From a virus: 35,337 bases of DNA. Of this stretch, positions 9,251-16,206 are shown one piece after another (the stretch's first letter is position 1; each line of letters starts with the position of its first letter). Where the stretch lies: the IMG/VR virus record IMGVR_UViG_3300045988_098553. One strand, written 5' to 3'. Below the pieces are notes generated by a model. That model saw only the letters and a list, made by a program, of their open reading frames with translations. It had not been told where the DNA came from and did not search any database. Made by a program: the position numbers and the translations under genes.

Positions 9251-10321
9251 ATGAAAAGTTACTGCAAGGGCCTTGCCGTCGATACCGATCTTGTCGGCAG
9301 GGCCTATGAGAATTGGCGGTCTGGCGAATCAGGCCGGACCAATGAATGGCGTGTGTACAAGGAATACGGCTCGCCCAATGCCCTTATCGCCGAGATCGTA
9401 GCCGAGGCCAATGCCGGCACACTGCGATTCGAGCCCTTGAGCACGAGACCGAGGCAAGATGGCGGCAAGCTGCGCAACATTGGCGTCGAAGGTGTCAAGC
9501 AGCAGATCTGCGGCTACACCGTCGACCTCGCCGTCGATTCGCTCATGCGCGCGAAAACTGGATACTGGCAGGTCAACAGACCTGGTATGGGACAGTTCCG
9601 CGCGGCACCGACGGTGCAGAAATGGGTCAATCAGTGCGCCTATCACGTGCATCTCGACGTCAAATCCTGCTATGAGTCCGTGAGGTGCGCTGACGTCATG
9701 CGCGTACTCGAGAAGTACGTGCGCTCGAGCGTTGTGCTCGGTATCGCCAAGGCGATTATGGACTCGTACCCAGACGGTCACCTGATGATCGGTAGCTACT
9801 TCTCACTCAGGATGGCGCTGCTCATCCTGAGCTTTGGCTACCACCATGTCGAGAACATGCATAAGACTCGCCGCGGCAAGCGCGTGGCGCTTGTCGAGCA
9901 CCAGGCATGGTACGTCGATGACATCTGGCTTTTCGGCAGCGACAAACGAAACCTCAAGTGCGCAGCGCGTGACCTTGCGAAGTACCTCAAGGCCGAGTTT
10001 GGGTTAAAGCTCAAGCCCTGGAAGGTGTGCAGGGCAACCGACGATGATCCGACGGACATTGCCGGCCCCGTGGTCAGACGTAAGCGGATCACAATCCGCG
10101 ACAAGACCTTTCGCAAGGGCAGACGCGCGTTATTCCGATGCCGCCGAAAACCAACGAATCTGAGGCTGGCAAGACGCCTGATCGCCTATTGCGGCTGGTT
10201 CAAACACACCGACAGCCAGAGATTCTGCTACAACAACGGACTCTATCCGGCACGCCGCCAAGCCAAAAAGGTAATCGCGAGATACGACAGATTAAGGAGT
10301 GCTCATGCAGTTCGAGCTTGA
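9251..10321 (+). CDS. DGR reverse transcriptase (356 aa)
   Basis: RT motifs by eye: KLRNIGVEGVKQQICGY (motifs 1-2), IGSYFSL (motif 4 region), AWYVDDIWLFG (YxDD, motif 5). Sits directly 3' of TR. The C-terminal ~90 aa is very basic. Confidence 0.85.
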   Translation: MKSYCKGLAVDTDLVGRAYENWRSGESGRTNEWRVYKEYGSPNALIAEIVAEANAGTLRFEPLSTRPRQDGGKLRNIGVEGVKQQICGYTVDLAVDSLMRAKTGYWQVNRPGMGQFRAAPTVQKWVNQCAYHVHLDVKSCYESVRCADVMRVLEKYVRSSVVLGIAKAIMDSYPDGHLMIGSYFSLRMALLILSFGYHHVENMHKTRRGKRVALVEHQAWYVDDIWLFGSDKRNLKCAARDLAKYLKAEFGLKLKPWKVCRATDDDPTDIAGPVVRRKRITIRDKTFRKGRRALFRCRRKPTNLRLARRLIAYCGWFKHTDSQRFCYNNGLYPARRQAKKVIARYDRLRSAHAVRA

Positions 10322-10679
10322 GTTTTGCGACCGCGAGCCCGCAAAGGTCACGGTCATCCAGGACGGCCCCATCGCCAATATCTGGCTCCGCAAGGACATT
10401 GCCGAGGATACCGTCGATAACGGTCCCGACGGCACGCCTTACAAGATTTGGCGCTGCAACACATTGTTTTTCCAGCGCATCGGCACGCCGACCGCCGAGG
10501 AAATCGAGGCTGACTTTGACGCAATCGCCGAGCAGCAGATTGTCGGCAATCGCACGGTCGATGAGCGCATTGGTGCGACCGAGCAGGCTGTCGCCGACAA
10601 CGGCAAGCAGCTCGAGACGGCGTTTCAGGCGCTTGCCGAACTCGGCGACATGATCGCAACGGCGGGAGGTGAAGTCTAA
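10305..10679 (+). CDS. Hypothetical tail-fibre-adjacent protein (124 aa, acidic)
   Basis: AAGGAG RBS 5 nt before ATG 10305. Overlaps the RT 3' end. Position equivalent to XkdW-like genes. Confidence 0.55.
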   Translation: MQFELEFCDREPAKVTVIQDGPIANIWLRKDIAEDTVDNGPDGTPYKIWRCNTLFFQRIGTPTAEEIEADFDAIAEQQIVGNRTVDERIGATEQAVADNGKQLETAFQALAELGDMIATAGGEV

Positions 10680-10804
10680 TGGCAGCAATCTACGCAACGC
10701 TTATCAAGGATGGCGCTATCAACCCCAAGACCGGTGAGCCCTGGAAGATTGAGGACGTGAACGTCCTTTGGCGTGCCTCCGTCAAAAAGATTCTCGGTAA
10801 GTAG
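10679..10804 (+). CDS. Small conserved phage protein (41 aa), CD1375/XkdX-like by position and sequence
   Basis: TAATG coupling with the upstream gene. MAAIYATLIKDGAINPKTGEPWKIEDVNVLWRASVKKILGK resembles small proteins found after tail fibre genes of Gram-positive phages. Confidence 0.45.
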   Translation: MAAIYATLIKDGAINPKTGEPWKIEDVNVLWRASVKKILGK

Positions 10805-10808
10805 GACT

Positions 10809-10833
10809 GGCCCCGAAAGGGGCCTTTTCTTTT
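10809..10833 (+). terminator. Rho-independent terminator ending the structural operon
   Basis: ggcccc-gaaa-ggggcc stem-loop followed by ttttctttt. Confidence 0.8.
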
Positions 10834-10884
10834 GCGCTAGTTGATTGCTCGATAGCGCCGTGATGGTGCTGAGGGGGTGAATGA

Positions 10885-11298
10885 ATGGAAGTGCTAAAGC
10901 TCTTCGTCCCATATGGTCCGGCATGGCTCGGCGGCGTACTGCTGGCGCTCATCGCCTTTTATTTTGGCAAGCAATTTCTCGAAGAGTACAAGCTGCAAAA
11001 CGAACGCAAAAGCGCCCTCGACATCAAGCGCGAGGAGCGAAAACAAGACGAGGTGAAGGAGCGCGCCCAGCGCGACCGCGAGCGGTCGGAGATGGAGGGG
11101 CGAATTGCAGCCCAGATGGAGCGGTCAAGTTCGCTCATGGAGGCAATGAAAACCCTGATGGAATCCGTCGTGGCGTCAAATGACGTCCTTCATGCGGATC
11201 TGGTCCATAGCCAGGCGCGCAGCCAGGGCATGGCCCAAAAGGTCGACCACATCTGCGACCGGGTTGACCTGCTCTACGACAAAGAATCTACGAGATAG
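10885..11298 (+). CDS. Membrane-anchored coiled-coil protein of the lysis cassette (137 aa)
   Basis: One N-terminal TM helix (WLGGVLLALIAFYFG), then a charged coiled coil. GAGGGGG RBS. Directly precedes the holin. Confidence 0.55.
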   Translation: MEVLKLFVPYGPAWLGGVLLALIAFYFGKQFLEEYKLQNERKSALDIKREERKQDEVKERAQRDRERSEMEGRIAAQMERSSSLMEAMKTLMESVVASNDVLHADLVHSQARSQGMAQKVDHICDRVDLLYDKESTR

Positions 11299-11306
11299 GA
11301 TACGAA

Positions 11307-11612
11307 ATGACGGAGATTCAGGCGGGCCTCACGGTTGCCACGGTGCTTGTCGTGCCGTATATCGTGCAGGCCATTAAAACTAAGGCAATGACCGGCAACG
11401 CCGCTCGCTGGACGGCAATCGCCGTATCGGTGCTATGCGGTGCGCTCACGGCCATGGCAAGCGGAATGCCGACCGACCCGGGCGCTTGGGTGACATCCAT
11501 CTTTGCCTGCGTCGGCGGCGTACAGGTTGCCTACGCGGCTTTCAAGAGCGTTGGAATCACCGACAAATGGCTCGATGCGCTGCTCTCGCTCGGCGAGATC
11601 AAGGCGGACTAG
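11307..11612 (+). CDS. Holin (101 aa, multiple TM helices)
   Basis: Small, 2-3 hydrophobic helices, immediately upstream of the endolysin. Confidence 0.65.
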   Translation: MTEIQAGLTVATVLVVPYIVQAIKTKAMTGNAARWTAIAVSVLCGALTAMASGMPTDPGAWVTSIFACVGGVQVAYAAFKSVGITDKWLDALLSLGEIKAD

Positions 11613-11614
11613 TC

Positions 11615-12574
11615 ATGGCAATCACCCAGCGCGAGGCATTCGCGCAGGTCATGGAGCACCTTGTCACTCATGACGGAGGCTCCGGTCATGGGTACTCTCA
11701 ATATAATCGCATGGGCGACGGTACGACCGAGACGATCAAACTGTCTGATGGTACGACCGTGACCATCGCCGGCGGCGATCGCGATTGCTCGTCTGCCGTC
11801 ATCACGGCGCTGCGCGCCGTCGGCATCAATACGTTCGGCGCAACTTATACCGGCAACATGCGCGAGCAGTTGCTCAAGACCGGGCTTTTTGGATGGCGCA
11901 AGATGGGTGTCAAGTCCGCGCAGCGCGGCGACATTTATCTAAACGAGAGGCACCATACAGCTGTATGCATCTCGCCTTATGGCTCGATGCGCGGCGATCT
12001 CTTGGCACAATTCTCCATCTCGGAAAAGGGCACCATCACAGGAACCAAGGGCGACCAAAACGGACGTGAATCCAACATCAAGGCCTACTATAGCTATCCC
12101 TGGGACGGCACTCTCTATTGGCTCAACGACGGCAAGACGCTTTCCGGCGCCAATACCGAGGTCGCCGACAATACCGATGCCGATCTCGGCGATGTGCGCT
12201 ATTGGGGCCCAAAGTTCACGCGGGCAATTCAAAAGCAGCTCGGTACTACCGTTGATGGCGTGATTTCCGGACAGTGGGATTGCAACAAACGATATTTCTG
12301 GGCTGTCGAAAACTGTGTCAATTGGACAAAGACCGGCAAAGGCGTCGGCTCTGACATGATTCTCGCGCTCCAAAAGAAGATCGGCTGCAAGATTTACCCG
12401 ATCGTCGGAGGCGTCCAGGCACGACAGATGACCAACGGCACCATCTACAGGCATCAGCAATGGCTTATTGCCAAGGGCATTTCAGTCGGATCGTGTGGCG
12501 CCGACGGCTATCACGGCCCTGACACCAACAAGGCGGTCGCCCAGGCAATCAAGCGCAAGCTCTATGCAGCGTAG
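11615..12574 (+). CDS. Endolysin: Amidase_5/NlpC-P60-like Cys-His peptidoglycan hydrolase with C-terminal PG-binding-like repeats (319 aa)
   Basis: GDRDCSSAVITAL (Cys) and ERHHTAVCIS (His) motifs. Two C-terminal repeats of the form LQKxxG...VDG / GPDTNKAV. Start taken at ATG 11615 just after the holin stop, not at the track start 11435. Confidence 0.75.
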   Translation: MAITQREAFAQVMEHLVTHDGGSGHGYSQYNRMGDGTTETIKLSDGTTVTIAGGDRDCSSAVITALRAVGINTFGATYTGNMREQLLKTGLFGWRKMGVKSAQRGDIYLNERHHTAVCISPYGSMRGDLLAQFSISEKGTITGTKGDQNGRESNIKAYYSYPWDGTLYWLNDGKTLSGANTEVADNTDADLGDVRYWGPKFTRAIQKQLGTTVDGVISGQWDCNKRYFWAVENCVNWTKTGKGVGSDMILALQKKIGCKIYPIVGGVQARQMTNGTIYRHQQWLIAKGISVGSCGADGYHGPDTNKAVAQAIKRKLYAA

Positions 12575-12586
12575 TTAGGATTTGAA

Positions 12587-12679
12587 ATGCTAAGTCACAT
12601 CATCACGGCACTTTTAAGTGCGCAGCTAGGTGCCGCCATTGGCGTGCTTGCCATGTGCCTTTTCATCAGTCGCAAATAG
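12587..12679 (+). CDS. Small hydrophobic peptide (30 aa) after the endolysin
   Basis: MLSHIITALLSAQLGAAIGVLAMCLFISRK: a single TM helix. Below the ORF-track size cut-off. Confidence 0.35.
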   Translation: MLSHIITALLSAQLGAAIGVLAMCLFISRK

Positions 12680-12685
12680 CGCTTC

Positions 12686-12718
12686 GCCCACTCCGGCTCT
12701 GCCGGGGTGGGCATTTTT
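12686..12718 (+). terminator. Rho-independent terminator after the lysis cassette
   Basis: gcccac(t)ccgg ... ccgg(g)gtgggc stem followed by atttttgtt. Confidence 0.7.
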
Positions 12719-12741
12719 GTTAGCACGCCTGGCAGCAATTA

Positions 12742-14274
12742 CTAGGCTGCGAGCAGCACGCCAAAGCCGCCTTTAAGCGGCAGTATCCCAACGCTGTGAT
12801 ACACTTGGAAAAGTTCGGGATAATTCACGCCCGGGCTACCACAGCTGATTTTCCCGAACTCTCCATTGGAGGGTTCGGGTTTTTTGTTTTCGCTGCTGGG
12901 ACGGCACAAAATGAACTGCACCAGCAGGCTCCCGTCCTCGTTGACCGTCACTCGGTCGACGAAAGCGGCGACCATCCCGCGGGGACCGTCCGATTGGCGC
13001 ATCTTGTAGAGCGCGAACAAGATCATGTCTCGGTCGATGAGCGGCGCTCCGCGCTTAATCTCATCGAGCTCAGCCTTGAGTGCCGTGAGCTCGTCTTGCA
13101 ACCCGTTGATTTTGACCGCCATTCGGTCCGTAGAGCCGAGTTTGCACGCTAGGTCGATAGCGTTATCTATCTCGCGCTCAACGTCCGTTATTCGGCGGCT
13201 CAGGGCTTCACGCGCGGAAATCTCCTGCTCGGCATCTTTGTCCTGACGCGCAAGTACCATGTCGACTATACGCTCGTCCAGATCGGGATTCTCATTGAGC
13301 AGGCGTGCGCATGCTCCGATCACCTTGTCCTCCACCTCGTCTCGACGCATCGACACCTTGGTTTTGCGGCAGCGGTAGTAGTGGTACTGCCTGCCGTTTT
13401 CGCCATAGCCGCAATCGCTCTCAAATTGATTGCCGTCAGCGTCGTAAATCTTGCCTGACAACAGATACTCAGCATTCATCTTGCCTCGCCTTTTCCGACC
13501 TCTGGATGCCATGTGCGCATGCGCACTGTCCCAGAGCTCGCGGTCGATAATGGACGGCATGCCGTTTTCTTTCCTGAAATCGCCCCAGGTATAGGTGCCA
13601 ATGTAGCGCTCGCAATTGAGCAGCCTGCTCACTGCTTCATTGCTAAAATGCCTGCCGGTGACGGTCTTATATCCAAGGCCGTTGAGTCTGCGCATGATCT
13701 CTGCTTTTGTCTCGCCTGCGGCGCACATGTCAAAGGCCATGCGCACGCCTTCCGCCTCGTGTTCATTGATGGCATAGTATCCATCGGCGCCACGGTCATA
13801 CCCAAAGATTGAGACGCCGTTGTGCTTACACTTGAGGGCGTTACCTTCCATCCCGCGCTTGACGTTTTGCGCGAGATTGGCGCTGTAGTATTCGGCCATT
13901 CCCTCAAGCACAGATTCGAGGATGATGCCGTCCGGACCATCGGGTACCGACTCGGCGGCAGTCACGATCTCCACGCCGCACTTGCGCAATTTCGCCTTGT
14001 AGACGGCTGAATCGTAGCGCGAGCGTGCGAAGCGGTCGGTCTTGTAGACGATCACCTTTGTCCAGCGCTGTGCCTGGGCATCGAGAATCATCTTTTGAAA
14101 GCCGGGACGCCCGGCTGCATTGGTGCCAGATCGCGCCTCGTCCGTGTACGTCTTTACGATTTCAAAGCCCTTGGATGCCGCGAATTGGGAGCAGACGCGC
14201 ACTTGGTCCTCAATCGATTCCTCGCGCTGCTTGTCTGAGCTAAATCTCGCGTAAATTACCGCTTTTTCTGCCAT
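12742..14274 (-). CDS. Large serine recombinase (phage integrase), 510 aa
   Basis: N-terminal resolvase catalytic motif (VIYARFSSDKQ, catalytic Ser). Recombinase domain, Cys-containing zinc-ribbon region (YYRCRK) and a C-terminal coiled coil. Adjacent to the repressor. Confidence 0.9.
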   Translation of the reverse strand: MAEKAVIYARFSSDKQREESIEDQVRVCSQFAASKGFEIVKTYTDEARSGTNAAGRPGFQKMILDAQAQRWTKVIVYKTDRFARSRYDSAVYKAKLRKCGVEIVTAAESVPDGPDGIILESVLEGMAEYYSANLAQNVKRGMEGNALKCKHNGVSIFGYDRGADGYYAINEHEAEGVRMAFDMCAAGETKAEIMRRLNGLGYKTVTGRHFSNEAVSRLLNCERYIGTYTWGDFRKENGMPSIIDRELWDSAHAHMASRGRKRRGKMNAEYLLSGKIYDADGNQFESDCGYGENGRQYHYYRCRKTKVSMRRDEVEDKVIGACARLLNENPDLDERIVDMVLARQDKDAEQEISAREALSRRITDVEREIDNAIDLACKLGSTDRMAVKINGLQDELTALKAELDEIKRGAPLIDRDMILFALYKMRQSDGPRGMVAAFVDRVTVNEDGSLLVQFILCRPSSENKKPEPSNGEFGKISCGSPGVNYPELFQVYHSVGILPLKGGFGVLLAA

Positions 14275-14310
14275 AATGTGATTGTCCGTTCTGCCGTTTG
14301 GGACTGGACT

Positions 14311-14353
14311 AAAGCTCGCTGAGTCTTGACCACTCAGCGAGCTTTTTTGTTTT
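14311..14353. terminator. 14-bp perfect hairpin with flanking A/T tracts (bidirectional terminator candidate) between repressor and integrase
   Basis: aaagctcgctgagt (14311..14324) / actcagcgagcttt (14332..14345), followed by tttgtttt on the + strand. The right arm overlaps the last repressor codons. Confidence 0.6.
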
Positions 14354-14567
14354 GGTCGCTCTCTAATTGAGCTTCTACCTCTCTGAACTCATCAGCGGTC
14401 ATGCCGAGAGCCTTAATCATCGTGAGAGCCTTTTGCCATGTCGGGTCTGCTATTCGCCCCGTGAACAGCTTCGATATGTATGACGCGCTCACGTCGTCGC
14501 TAACGATATCGGCAGGCTTCAATCCCTTTATCTTGAGAGCTCTATCGAGAGCTTTGGCGAATGACAT
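14334..14567 (-). CDS. CI-like XRE-family HTH repressor (77 aa)
   Basis: HTH-like SASYISKLFTGRIADPTWQKALTMIKAL. Divergent from the cro-like gene across an operator-bearing region. AAGGAGG RBS. Confidence 0.75.
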   Translation of the reverse strand: MSFAKALDRALKIKGLKPADIVSDDVSASYISKLFTGRIADPTWQKALTMIKALGMTADEFREVEAQLESDQNKKAR

Positions 14568-14591
14568 TCGAGACCTCCTTTGCCTAGATAT

Positions 14592-14620
14592 ATTTTAGCG
14601 CCGATTAAAAAAGTTGCCAA
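14592..14620 (-). promoter_or_regulatory. Leftward (repressor) promoter: -35 TTGGCA, 17-nt spacer, -10 TAAAAT
   Basis: Reverse complement of 14615..14620 is TTGGCA and of 14592..14597 is TAAAAT. The -35 lies inside operator O1. Confidence 0.6.
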
Positions 14621-14629
14621 TACGACAAT
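14612..14629. promoter_or_regulatory. Operator O1 (agttgccaatacgacaat), a 15/18 match to O2/O3
   Basis: Shares the ccaatacgaca core with the two perfect copies. Confidence 0.6.
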
Positions 14630-14636
14630 TTTCTTA

Positions 14637-14665
14637 TTGAAAAGTGTCCAATACGACACTACACT
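14637..14665 (+). promoter_or_regulatory. Rightward (cro/early) promoter: -35 TTGAAA, 17-nt spacer, -10 TACACT
   Basis: TTGAAA 14637..14642 and TACACT 14660..14665. The spacer is operator O2. Confidence 0.6.
14643..14660. promoter_or_regulatory. Operator O2: 18-bp site AGTGTC-caatac-GACACT (inverted half-sites)
   Basis: Identical to 14670..14687. AGTGTC and GACACT are reverse complements. Confidence 0.7.
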
Positions 14666-14669
14666 ATGT

Positions 14670-14687
14670 AGTGTCCAATACGACACT
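14670..14687. promoter_or_regulatory. Operator O3: second perfect copy of the 18-bp site
   Basis: Exact repeat of O2, 27 bp downstream, between the -10 and the cro RBS. Confidence 0.7.
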
Positions 14688-14702
14688 CTGGGAGGTGAGA
14701 AC

Positions 14703-14906
14703 ATGGATAAGATCGCTGAAAAGGTTGCTGTGTGGTTACAAAGAACCGGCAACAGCAAGAAGTCGCTTGCAAAAATGCTCAACATTTCAACAACGTCTCT
14801 TAACAACAAATTGCGTGGGAAAACGTCATGGCGTTGGAGGGATGTCTGTTCGGTCGCTGAAATTGTTGGATGTGATTTAAGCGACCTTGAGGACGAGGAG
14901 GCTTAG
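14703..14906 (+). CDS. Cro-like HTH regulator (67 aa)
   Basis: GGAGGTGAG RBS then ATG 14703. HTH KKSLAKMLNISTTSLNNKLRGK. The track ORF start at 14580 would run through the operators. Confidence 0.75.
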   Translation: MDKIAEKVAVWLQRTGNSKKSLAKMLNISTTSLNNKLRGKTSWRWRDVCSVAEIVGCDLSDLEDEEA

Positions 14907-14916
14907 CCCGCTACCT

Positions 14917-15061
14917 GATCGCCACATCGTGAGGTACGACCTTTTGGCGATTGGCAGTACGTGTGCCATGTCCTGCCAATCGCAAGGTGGCTCAACGGCA
15001 AGCCGGTTCGCTCCTTTCAACCGGTAGCCAACCTGATGCCGTGCCTCACGATGTGGCGATC
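14917..15061 (+). ncRNA. ~145-nt multi-stem structured element (candidate regulatory RNA or DNA structure), function unknown
   Basis: P1 closing stem: 14917..14938 pairs with 15040..15061 (18 perfect bp, then a U-G wobble and 3 more bp). P2: 14947..14957 / 14973..14983 (11 bp). P3: 14985..14992 / 15026..15034 (8 bp, 1 bulge). P3b: 15003..15008 / 15019..15024 (6 bp). Confidence 0.5.
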
Positions 15062-15086
15062 AACACCTAAAAGAAAAGGCTCAACG

Positions 15087-15332
15087 ATGCTGCAACATCG
15101 TCGAGCCAACGGTCAAGGAAAGCTGGTAAGCAAAATGACCAAAGCAATTGTAACATCCGCTGCTTTTTTTGCGCTTCTGCTCATGGTCGAGCCGATCTGC
15201 ACATTCATAGACAGCCTGCCGCCTGTGCTCAACATGGCGCTCGTCTTTGTCATGGTCGGTGCAATCATGCTCGCCTTTTGGCTCATGATGCGCCACGAGC
15301 TCGAGCTTTGCGAGGGACATTATGAGCGCTGA
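15087..15332 (+). CDS. Small membrane protein (81 aa, two TM helices); start uncertain
   Basis: Hydrophobic helices AIVTSAAFFALLLMV and LNMALVFVMVGAIMLAFWLMM. The track start at 14961 lies inside the structured element. Confidence 0.5.
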   Translation: MLQHRRANGQGKLVSKMTKAIVTSAAFFALLLMVEPICTFIDSLPPVLNMALVFVMVGAIMLAFWLMMRHELELCEGHYER

Positions 15333-15438
15333 TGAGTTCGCCGAGCGCTTCAAGCGCGAGCTTGCCGAGTGGTTTGCAAAGGACGAGACCCGTAAGGAGT
15401 TCGAGCAATGGAAAGCAAGCAAGGAGGTGGCGAGGTGA
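15322..15438 (+). CDS. Small charged helical protein (38 aa)
   Basis: ATG 15322 overlaps the upstream gene end. Its stop overlaps the GTG of the next gene (GTGA). Below the track cut-off. Confidence 0.35.
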   Translation: MSADEFAERFKRELAEWFAKDETRKEFEQWKASKEVAR

Positions 15439-15683
15439 GCTGCTTTTTCTGCGACGGACCTAAGGTTGCATCTGTGCGCAACATTCAGCATCGCGATTAC
15501 TTCGCGGCGCCAATTGGGACTATGACCATGGTGCGCGGCTACGATGGCGAGCCGACGGTCAAGGTTGAAATTGATACCGATGTTGAGATTTACGGCGGTC
15601 TTACTGCAAATGTAACAGCGTCGTGCCACATCGAACGCATCAGGTATTGCATGTTCTGCGGAAAGAAGATCGTCAATGACTAA
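15435..15683 (+). CDS. Zinc-ribbon protein (82 aa), CxxC...CxxCG
   Basis: AAGGAGG 7 nt upstream of GTG 15435. CFFCDG ... YCMFCGKKIVND* at the C-terminus. Confidence 0.6.
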   Translation: MSCFFCDGPKVASVRNIQHRDYFAAPIGTMTMVRGYDGEPTVKVEIDTDVEIYGGLTANVTASCHIERIRYCMFCGKKIVND

Positions 15684-16206
15684 CAACGGAGACAAAAAGA
15701 CCTGCGCGACGTGTGCCAGGCTCGACGGCAGCATCTGCAAGCTCGACGGATTCTGCATCGGAAGCATCGAACACGCCGCGTGCGAGAAATACAAGCAGCG
15801 TCCGAGCAGCGCCGGCAGTGAGAATACTGGCGCTCGAAAAGCGATTACCAACAATGAGCGCCGTGAGATCGCCGCAAGGTTGCGACATCGCCGCAAGCAA
15901 ATGGACAACGAGAAGCCTCCGCAGATTCCATCGCTCGCAGCAACCATCTACCTGTTGGAGATTTCCGCTGCGGTCAAGCTCAACGAGAGCGGAGCGCTTT
16001 TCAATCGTCTGGCCGATTTGATTGACCGCGAGACGTGCACCTTTGATGGCACGCCTGATCGCATTGGCTATGTTTGCTCGATTTGCGGGCAAACTTTCAC
16101 GCGCCGGCCTTTTATGAAGCGCACATTTGGCGATAGCACTCAGGTCGAGATTCCATTTCGATTTTGCCCTTACTGCGGTGCAGAGGTGGTGGCAGACGAT
16201 GAATGA
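15676..16206 (+). CDS. Two-domain Cys-rich protein (176 aa): N-terminal CxxC...CEKYK module plus C-terminal LADLID..TC / CSICG / FCPYCGAEV zinc ribbon
   Basis: Motifs read from the translation. ATGA-type overlaps at both ends. Confidence 0.65.
   Translation: MTNNGDKKTCATCARLDGSICKLDGFCIGSIEHAACEKYKQRPSSAGSENTGARKAITNNERREIAARLRHRRKQMDNEKPPQIPSLAATIYLLEISAAVKLNESGALFNRLADLIDRETCTFDGTPDRIGYVCSICGQTFTRRPFMKRTFGDSTQVEIPFRFCPYCGAEVVADDE

Larger units (their letters stand above)
8761..10321 (+). mobile_element. Diversity-generating retroelement cassette (VR - TR - spacer RNA - RT)
   Basis: VR/TR pair with adenine-only differences, followed by an RT ORF with a YVDD motif. Canonical order target-TR-RT. 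Confidence 0.88.

Noticed and set aside
11435-11614. N-terminal 60 codons of track ORF 11435..12574 (endolysin).
   Set aside because: Arg-rich out-of-frame overlap with the holin gene. ATG 11615 directly follows the holin stop and begins the conserved amidase domain.
14580-14702. N-terminal extension of the cro-like ORF (track start 14580).
   Set aside because: It would translate through the three operators and both promoters. A strong GGAGG RBS precedes ATG 14703.
14917-15061. Retron msr/msd interpretation of the long terminal inverted repeat with internal hairpins.
   Set aside because: Retron ncRNAs lie immediately upstream of their RT. The only RT here is 5.6 kb away on the other side of the lysis/lysogeny modules, and it is accounted for by a bona fide TR/VR pair.
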